Of a stretch of 64,000 nucleotides of DNA, positions 55,742 through 64,000 are shown piece after piece. Made by a program: the position numbers and the translations under genes. Position 1 is the first letter of the stretch; every line of letters starts with the position of its first letter. The stretch is from the NCBI GenBank assembly GCA_025603075.1, contig MU626330.1, forward strand, positions 1-64,000, written 5' to 3'. The notes beneath the pieces were generated by a model that ran no database searches, was not told the DNA's origin, and saw nothing but the letters and a program-made list of their open reading frames with translations. This DNA is from Neoconidiobolus thromboides FSU 785 (taxonomy: Eukaryota > Fungi > Entomophthoromycota).

Positions 55742-56734
55742 TTGACTAAGTACAATTAATGACTATTCTATTTTATAAAGAGTATTATTTTGTTATTATC
55801 CCCCCTTTATATCTCTATTTCACATAATAAAATATGAAATTTTATTATAAATTAGAGTTTTATTTTAAATTTTATTTTATTTTATTTTATTTTATTTTAT
55901 TTTATTCAAAGTCATTAGTGCTAAGTGTCTTGTTTACAACAGTAAAATAAATTTAATATAAAATCAACTGGTTTAATGAACATAGATCCATCATTAGTAG
56001 GATAGCTTCTAGAAGGGAAAGTATGTTGTCTAAAAAATTTCTCTCCTTAAAAGAGTTAGAAAGGTGCAATATGGGTCACTGAATTTTAGTCTTCCAGAAG
56101 ATTCTTGATTGACTTGTGATAATAATGGAATACAAGTAAAAGATGAAGTTAGGTTTAGAGGGGAAATGTAAGAAAATAAAGCTCTTATAGGTGGCTTATA
56201 AATCTTTAAAAAGGATCAAAGCTCTATTAAGCTAGGTGGAAGAAAAGTTAAAGTAAGAATAATGGGGAACATAGGAATAAGATTGAGGGTAAAGGGGATA
56301 GGCTCAATTGATTAATGATAAATAGTTAGAGGAAGAATTTCATCGTTGAATATGAAGTAAAACGGGGAAGAGGATCAGTATCAAACAGACTGAAGTGGCA
56401 GTAATTAATAAGAATAAGTGAAGATTTTGAAATAATTGATAGTAGCATGAAGGTTGAATGACTAAATCGCCAAAAAATTATAATAAGTTTATGGCTGATG
56501 CCTTGTCTTTGGTAGGTGAGAGTTGGGTTTATTTTAAAGATTAATTATTATTAAAATACGGTTAACTTATTAATACATTTTCTTATTATATTATAAAGTT
56601 TATAAATTACTACATTTATTAGAATAAATTTAAAAATAATTTAAAATTTAAAATTTATTACTTAATATAATCCCACATAAATAAAACTATTCATTAAAAA
56701 GAATACTTTAATACTCACTCATTCATTTTAATAT

Positions 56735-57685
56735 TTATAAATCACTCTTTCTTGATTCTACTACAATATCATTTAATTCAACCTCATTAAATTGAGTATA
56801 AATAATTTCATTTAATTCATTAGTTTGATGTGTTTCTAAAGTATCTACCATAGTTGATTTTGTTTCATTAAAATTATTACTATCTTCTGTTAGTTTAGCT
56901 TTGGAATTTTTACCCATTCTATGGGATAATCTCTTATTACGTAATTTTTGATGTTTTCTTAATTGAAGCACTGTTAAAAGAGATGTAATAGCCCAAGAAA
57001 TATTAAATAGTACAGCGGAATTCTGATTTAAGATTTGAGCAAACGCTAAGATACAGATAAAGATATCAACAAATAAGATAATGAGACTGTAAATAATTCC
57101 ATCTTTCAAAATCATTTTATAAAAAGGTAATTGATTAAATTTATACTGTTTGTAAATTATTATTAGAAAGATGGAAGTCAAATATATATTTAAAATCATT
57201 TGAATTGTTAATGCCATTCCAGCATATAACATATCCATATTAGCAGAACAATTTAATAATGGAGTAATAGTTATGGAAGTGAATACCATATTTAAACAAA
57301 ACAATACTAATTTAATAGCCATTAAAACTAAAGCTAAAGGATAAATGTATTTAGGTAGAGAAGAGAGGACAAGTTTAGCTTTAATTAGAAGTATCAATTC
57401 AATAGAAAGTGTAGATAATAAATTTCCAACGGCAGCAAATTGAATACGAAATAAACAGTAATTATCAAATGAAAAAAAAAAAATAATTATTAATAAATTG
57501 ACTATTAAACCTATCAAACTTTGTATTAAATTTAATTGAAAAATTTGATTTTGATTTTTTAATATTAATTTGATAGAATGAATTGTATTTAATAAAAAAA
57601 TCGTAAAGCTCATTGAATTGATTGTCATGGCTAAATTCGATTCAAATATATAATGAACTGGACTTATTATTATATTATTATCCAT
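56735..57685 (-). CDS. Orphan 7TM-like (GPCR-like) membrane protein, intronless
   Basis: ~7 hydrophobic segments, Cys in two putative extracellular loops, basic then acidic cytosolic tail. Confidence 0.7.
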   Translation of the reverse strand: MDNNIIISPVHYIFESNLAMTINSMSFTIFLLNTIHSIKLILKNQNQIFQLNLIQSLIGLIVNLLIIIFFFSFDNYCLFRIQFAAVGNLLSTLSIELILLIKAKLVLSSLPKYIYPLALVLMAIKLVLFCLNMVFTSITITPLLNCSANMDMLYAGMALTIQMILNIYLTSIFLIIIYKQYKFNQLPFYKMILKDGIIYSLIILFVDIFICILAFAQILNQNSAVLFNISWAITSLLTVLQLRKHQKLRNKRLSHRMGKNSKAKLTEDSNNFNETKSTMVDTLETHQTNELNEIIYTQFNEVELNDIVVESRKSDL

Positions 57686-58738
57686 TTTATATTATTTCAA
57701 TTGATTTTTTATAACAATAATTTACAATTATAAAAATATACTAAATTTTGATATTTTTTCTCTTTTATATATAATTGATTTTATAAGTACTTTTACATTT
57801 ATCCCTAATATTATACTTTAGTTCATTTCTGGCTTAACCCCAACTTTGTTTTATAAGTAAACTAAATTTAAGGAGAGGACGAATTACTATAATTACTCAC
57901 TACTGTATCATTTAATACTTGATTAACTTCTTTTAGCTATTAAAGTTATGTTAGTTATCATTAGTCTCTATATTATATAATTCGATCTATTTGATTATAT
58001 TAAAATTAATATTTTTAATATAGAATATCACCTTTTTCAAATTTCATACTCTAAATTATTATGTTATTTTTTATTTTGATTTATTTATTTATTTATTTAT
58101 TTATTCATTACAAACAATACAACTCTCTAAACCTCCATCATTATAATACACATTCATTCGTTTATTTATTTATTTATTCACTATTATATTTAAAATGTCC
58201 TAACATTTTCTATTTCAATTAATTTCAGCTTATTACCCCCTTCATTAAAATAATGGTTCATCAATTTAAAATGTCTCCTTAAACTAAAAATAAAATAAAA
58301 ATATGAGAAATAAAAAATTAGTTTTATTAATATTTTGTTTTCTTTTTTTATTACGAAAAGTAATTAATTGAAGTATTATAATAAAATTTAAAACCAAATA
58401 TATTTTTTATTAATTGTTAACTTCTACAGTTTTATTATTATTTAAAACTCACTTAATTAAATGGTCTAGATGAAGTATTAAAAATAAAGCCTCAATATAT
58501 ATATATATTAGATCTTTTTTGCTCCAATCGGAGTTCTATTGCTTATTATTTGATATTGAATGAGTATAAAAATAAAAAATAAAAAAACAAGGAAATAAAA
58601 TTCCTATCTGAGTTAGGTTAAAATTTGGAAGAATTAGTTACTTTTTTTTCATTTCATTCTTTTGTTTATTCATTAAATATCATAAATATTAAAAGTAAGC
58701 TCCATTTAAATGCTGCAGTAATTAAAAGTATAAAATAT

Positions 58739-58841
58739 ATAGGGGTATATTTTTGTATCCAAGAGTTTTACTAACAATTTTTCCACTTAAATAGCGCTTG
58801 AAACATGGAAAAAATAATGAAGCCAAAAAAACACCCTCATA
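58739..58841 (+). mobile_element. MITE-like element copy
   Basis: AGGGGTAT...TTTACTAACAATTTTTCCACTTAAATAGCGCTTG...CACCCTCATA. Confidence 0.83.
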
Positions 58842-59613
58842 TCATTATTTACTATATGATATATCTTTGAATTAGTGTCAAAATTTATATAATAACTGAT
58901 ATATTAATATACTAATATTGAAAAAAAGGGAATATTACTTGAATCATTTAAAAAACCTAGCGAAATAACAAAAAGAATCAATTTATAAATATATAAAAAT
59001 ACTAAATATTTATCTAATAAAGAGAAATCATAATCAAAATTCTATGAGGAAAAGAAATTAAAGATTATTTTTTTATTAATTTATACTCAATAAAGTCAAA
59101 AGTTTAATTAAAGATATTTGTTACTTAAAAGTAAAAAGTTATTAAATACAATTATCAAATTTCAATATGGATACTTAGTCATTACTAGAGTATACTTCTT
59201 CTAGATCTCCTAACTTATCATCACAACCTTCATCCTGTAAATTCACCAACCCAATAGCATCTAAATAAAGCAATTTAACTGATTTCTTTTGAAAAGTTTT
59301 AACTTAGAATCTCCAATTTTAAATTTAGTCATAAATTTTGTATAATAATAAATAAATAAAACTATATTTTTTGTTCATTTTTATATTTAACATACTCAGG
59401 ATTTACTTTTCCAATGATTTTTAAGTTTTCTTTTGATAGCTTTAATATCAATATTTTCAACCAAATTATAAACTAAAACATTAATAAAATAATATTATTA
59501 AGAAACTAATTGTTTGATTGTAATAAATATATATTTGATTTTGAAATTATTAAGGAATAGAATAGTTATCTTAAAGAAATTGAAGATATTAAAATTATTT
59601 ATTTTTAATAAAA

Positions 59614-59717
59614 TATGGGGATGTTTTTTTGACTTCATTACTTTTTCCATTCTTTAAGCACTATTTGAGCGGAAATTTTGTTAGTAAAATTCTTAAACAT
59701 AAAAACACATCCCCATA
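59614..59717 (-). mobile_element. MITE-like element copy, both TIRs intact
   Basis: TA-TGGGGATGT ... ACATCCCCA-TA. Confidence 0.9.
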
Positions 59718-60862
59718 CATAGTTACTATTAAGTTGTTTAATTTATGAGTTACTATAAAGAAGATAATTACTTACTTTTTTAATAATAAAATAGGGGCAC
59801 TACTAAACTATCAAGCTTCAAAATACATTTAATCTTTTATCTTAGTAATGACACTAATTAAAGTGATAAATATAAAAAAATAGGACTTTTTTGTCATATC
59901 CCTGTTTTTCCTTTTAAATATTTATTTCTTCATAGAGCATTTCAAAAGAACTTATCAAATAATTAAATGATTTTAATACAAAAAAAAATCTTCAGTTTTA
60001 TTTTAAATTTTAAATTATTTAAACTAAGAAATGGAAATGAAAAAGAAGACTAACTATAACAAACTATTTAAATAAAAACTAGTAGCATACAAATAACAGA
60101 TAAATTACTAATATGCTGTATTACTAATTTAACTATTCTTTCATTATTAAAATTTACTTTTACCGTAAAATTAACCTAAATTAACTAAGAATCCAGGATT
60201 AATTAACCATCACCAATTAAAATACGTCATCTTTAAAGTTAATTGAAGCTGTCAAATAAAACCAAGCTTTTCAGGGATAAAAATAATTTAGTGAAAGTAT
60301 CAAAACTTTAATAATAAGTTATTATTTCAATTAATTATTAATTCATTTATTTATTCTACTTATTTACTATGCAATTCCAATTCAGTTTTAGAATTCAGAT
60401 AGAATTACTAATATGTCATTAATAATAGAATATATATAAAATAACTGAAAACAACAATATAAAAAGTATATTATGATAAATTAAAGTTTATGTATAATTT
60501 TTACAAAAAGCAATGATAAAACTTAGCATTTGATTGAGTTGTTTTATTTAATTGGTTTGTATAAATTTCATAATATCATTATTTTAATAAAGCTTGTTTT
60601 ATAATTTAACCCTTTAAATTTATGTTTTTGAAAAATAGTTATAATACGCCTCATTACAAAGAAAAAAAGGATAATTATTCTTGAGAGTTTCAAAACCATC
60701 ATCATCATTAAATTTGTTTGATGATATAATCAATTGAAAATGCATTATAGCAAAACTTCAAAAAAAATAGTATATAAATACAATGATTTACTTTAACTAA
60801 AGTTTAAAAAATTCAACATTTTATTTTTATAAGAAAAATATACAACAATAACATATTCAACT

Positions 60863-63160
60863 ATGAGTCCATCCAAAATTAAAGACGTATCTATTAATAG
60901 TAATAAAGATGTATCTATTATTGATATTAAAGATGAATCCTTCAAGAACTTTGATCTTGAACCTTTAATATTAGATAATATTAATAAACCATTTAATCAA
61001 AAGAGTATACCAACTTTAGTATTATATGATGATAAAGGTTTACAATTATTTGATAAAATTACCTATTTAGATGAATATTACCTTACTGAAGCAGAGATTG
61101 ATATATTAAAGCGTAAATCGGATGATATCATCAATCTAATTCCTGATGATTCTTATGTTATTGAATTAGGTTCTGGTTCTTTAAGAAAAACTAAGGTAAT
61201 CTTAGATGCTATTGAAAAGAATAGAAAAGGAGTCAATTATTATGCTTTAGATGTCATGGAAAAGGAATTAGTAAAATCTTTACAAAATTTAAAAGATTAT
61301 AGTAATTTAAAATGTCATGGCTTATGTGGTACTTATGACGATGGTATGAAATTTATTCAACAATTGCCAAAAGAAAAGAGAAAGACAATATTATGGTTAG
61401 GCTCTTCTATTGGTAATTATAATCGTATTGAAGCAGAAGAATTTGTTAAAAAAATTCATCAATGTTTAAATCCAGGTGATTTATTTATTATTGGTATTGA
61501 TTTACGTAAAGATAGTAAAAGAATATCATTAGCTTATAATGATCCAAAGGGAGTATCAAGAGATTTTATATTGAACGGTTTAAATAACTGTAATAATATA
61601 TTAGGTTTAGAATTTTTTAATTTAAATAATTTTGAATTTAAAAGTGTAGTTAATGAAGAGAAAGGGTTTCATAATTCTAGATTTATATCAACTTGTAATC
61701 AAACATTAAATCATCCTAAGAAACAATTAAGCATTGAAATTAAAAAAGATGAAGAAATCGATATTGAATATAGTATTAAATATTCACTTAATGAAATTGA
61801 TGGTTTAATAGAAAATACAAAGTTTTTAAAACAATCACAATGGTTTGATACAACTAATAGCTATTCTTTAAATGTTATTTATAAACCTCCCTTTAATTTT
61901 AGTAAAATAATCAATTATTCAATTATACCTAGTATAGTTGAATGGGAAGAAATCTTTCAAGCTTGGGAATATATTGTATTTGATTCAATTAAAGAAGAGG
62001 ATTTATTAAAACAACCTATTTCTTTACGTCATCCTATATTATTTTATTTAGGTCATATCCCTGCCTTTTTAGATATTCAATTATCTAAACATTTAAAATG
62101 GAATTTAATTGAACCAAAAGAATATACTACTCATTTTGAAAGAGGTATTGATCCTGATGTAGATGAACCATCTAAATGTCATTCTCATTCTGAATTACCA
62201 AAAGAATGGCCAACTAGAAATCAAGTAATTGAATACCATGATAAAGTAAAACAACGATTATTTAATATATTAAATAACAAAGAAATGATGGAAGATAAAA
62301 GGTTATTAAGAGTCTTATCTTATGTATTTGAACATCAAGTAATGCATTTAGAAACTTTATTATATATGTTAATACGTTGTGATACTATTCAATATAAAAA
62401 TATTTATAAAACAACCTTTAATAATAAAATTGAAAAAATTAATGAAGCTCAATTACTTCCAATTAATGAAGGACAAGTTATGATTGGTAGAAATGATATT
62501 GAATCTGAAGATTTTAATAAAAACAATAAATCTTTAGATTATTTTGGTTGGGATAATGAATCACCTCAAAGAGAAGTTAAAGTTAAAGAATTTCAAATTC
62601 AATCTAGACCAGTTACTAATGGAGAATTTTTACAATTTTTAAAAGAAACAGTTAATAAAAATCATCCAGCTCAATGGTCTCCAATTAATGATAATAATAA
62701 TGAATTTGAATTTAAAGTAAGAACTTTATTAGGTTATGTAAGTATGGAAGAAGCTGAAAATTGGCCAGTATCTGTAAGTTATGAACAAGCTAAACAATAT
62801 TCTGCATGGAAAAATATGCGATTACCAACAGAAGAAGAATTATTATTATTTTATAAGCAATATAACAATAACAATGATAGTAATATAGGATTTAAAAATT
62901 TTCATCCAAAACCAGTAAATGAAATACAAACTTATGGAGATGGTTGGGAATGGACTAATACGTTATTTAGTAACTATGAGGGTTTTATTAAATCAGAATT
63001 ATATCCCAATTATTCAATTGATTTCTTTGATAATAAACATTATATATTATTAGGTGGTTCATATATTACTCATCCAAGATTAATTCATCGTCAAACATTT
63101 CGTAATTGGTATCATAAATCATATCCTTATATGTTTTCTATTTTTCGTTGTGCTATTTAA
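60863..63160 (+). CDS. EGT1: Ergothioneine biosynthesis protein Egt1 (histidine methyltransferase + sulfoxide synthase fusion), intronless
   Basis: EgtD-like LYDDKGLQLFDKITYLDEYYLT, ELGSGSLRKT, GSSIGN; sulfoxide synthase HPILFYLGH, ERGIDPDVD, HQVMHLET; FGE-type C-terminal domain. Confidence 0.95.
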   Translation: MSPSKIKDVSINSNKDVSIIDIKDESFKNFDLEPLILDNINKPFNQKSIPTLVLYDDKGLQLFDKITYLDEYYLTEAEIDILKRKSDDIINLIPDDSYVIELGSGSLRKTKVILDAIEKNRKGVNYYALDVMEKELVKSLQNLKDYSNLKCHGLCGTYDDGMKFIQQLPKEKRKTILWLGSSIGNYNRIEAEEFVKKIHQCLNPGDLFIIGIDLRKDSKRISLAYNDPKGVSRDFILNGLNNCNNILGLEFFNLNNFEFKSVVNEEKGFHNSRFISTCNQTLNHPKKQLSIEIKKDEEIDIEYSIKYSLNEIDGLIENTKFLKQSQWFDTTNSYSLNVIYKPPFNFSKIINYSIIPSIVEWEEIFQAWEYIVFDSIKEEDLLKQPISLRHPILFYLGHIPAFLDIQLSKHLKWNLIEPKEYTTHFERGIDPDVDEPSKCHSHSELPKEWPTRNQVIEYHDKVKQRLFNILNNKEMMEDKRLLRVLSYVFEHQVMHLETLLYMLIRCDTIQYKNIYKTTFNNKIEKINEAQLLPINEGQVMIGRNDIESEDFNKNNKSLDYFGWDNESPQREVKVKEFQIQSRPVTNGEFLQFLKETVNKNHPAQWSPINDNNNEFEFKVRTLLGYVSMEEAENWPVSVSYEQAKQYSAWKNMRLPTEEELLLFYKQYNNNNDSNIGFKNFHPKPVNEIQTYGDGWEWTNTLFSNYEGFIKSELYPNYSIDFFDNKHYILLGGSYITHPRLIHRQTFRNWYHKSYPYMFSIFRCAI

Positions 63161-63325
63161 TTAATAGTAAGTAATTAATAAGATTGATTTATTATTATTA
63201 TTATTATTATATAAATAGTATATAATATATAGTATATAGTATATAAAAAATAAAAATAAAAATAAGAATAAAAATAGCAAAAACAAAATTAGTTTTGTAT
63301 TCTTTTTTATTTTTTATTTTTTACT

Positions 63326-64000
63326 TTAATTTAATTCAATATTAAATTGAATAGCTAATTCATTCATTGTTGAATATAAATTATATAAAGATGCTTTGGG
63401 CTTTGGATGATTGGTAAATTCATTTAACTAAAATAAATATTAATATTAAATAAATAACATATATAATATATAATATATAATATAATAAATAAGCTTACAA
63501 TTTGCCCAAATAATTGAACATCTAATAATAATTGGAATTGAATCTTTGAATGATCTAAATCTAATTGTATACTCATTGAATTTTCATTTTTATTGTTATT
63601 ATTTAATTGATCTTTCTTTAATTTGTTTAATGAATCTTGTGTTTTTTTAATATTGTTTAATATTTCTAATATATTCTTATTATATCTAAAAAATAAAAAT
63701 AAAAATAAAAATAAAAATAAAAATAAAAATAAAAATAAAAATAAATAAAATTAAAACTTACTCAACACATAATAAATAGAATAATTCATTAATCCAAATT
63801 TGTATTTGTTTCTTATTATTAATATATTCAGCTAATATCTTATCAATAATTTGTTTCATTTCAATAATATATTCACTAGCCTGTTTGGGTTTCTAAAATT
63901 AAATTGAAATATAATTAATATTTTTTCTTTTAAAATATAATAAAATTAAAGACTCACTTCTTTATTAGTATGTCTATAAAACTTAGGTACATTCATTACA
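63326..64000 (-). CDS. COG2: COG complex subunit 2, 3' exons (gene continues past the window)
   Basis: NVPKFYRHTNKE, KKTQDSLNKLKK, DHSKIQFQLLLDVQLFG match the recalled COG2 C-terminus. Confidence 0.8.
63689..63750. repeat. (TAAAAA)n microsatellite in a COG2 intron
   Basis: ~10 units read directly. Confidence 0.85.

Noticed and set aside
59160-59480. Exon-like minus-strand fragments (…LYLDAIGLVNLQDEG…)
   Set aside because: Phases do not join; no start codon or homology.

Overview
Very AT-rich eukaryotic DNA with many ~45-60 nt GT-AG introns. The gene content is fungal (Chs5, a Zn2Cys6 factor, Egt1, HR1-C2-C1 PKC). It also has animal-like traits (EF-hand mGPDH, a probable Integrator subunit), which suggests an early-diverging fungus; that placement is inference. 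About 22 protein genes are supported: two inverted insulinase/IDE paralogs, GUT2, probable INTS5, a type I membrane protein, PKC1, SKI8/WDR61, a Rab7-like GTPase, ZIP7/YKE4, SAL1, OLA1, CWF18, a quinone oxidoreductase, CHS5, a P450, a Zn2Cys6 TF, three tandem TspO-like membrane genes, metacaspase, a 7TM-like protein, EGT1 and the 3' end of COG2. Intergenic DNA carries ~21 copies of a ~104-bp TA-flanked MITE-like element, a second small TIR element, and a large palindrome/cassette array. Best leads: INTS5 in a fungus; a 238-bp identical tract (including an intron) shared by the two IDE genes; the TspO-like triplet (hidden last exon lost in copy 1, TGG->TAG in copy 2); and the MITE family. Homology calls come from recalled motifs, with no database search. 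Splice sites were read by eye.
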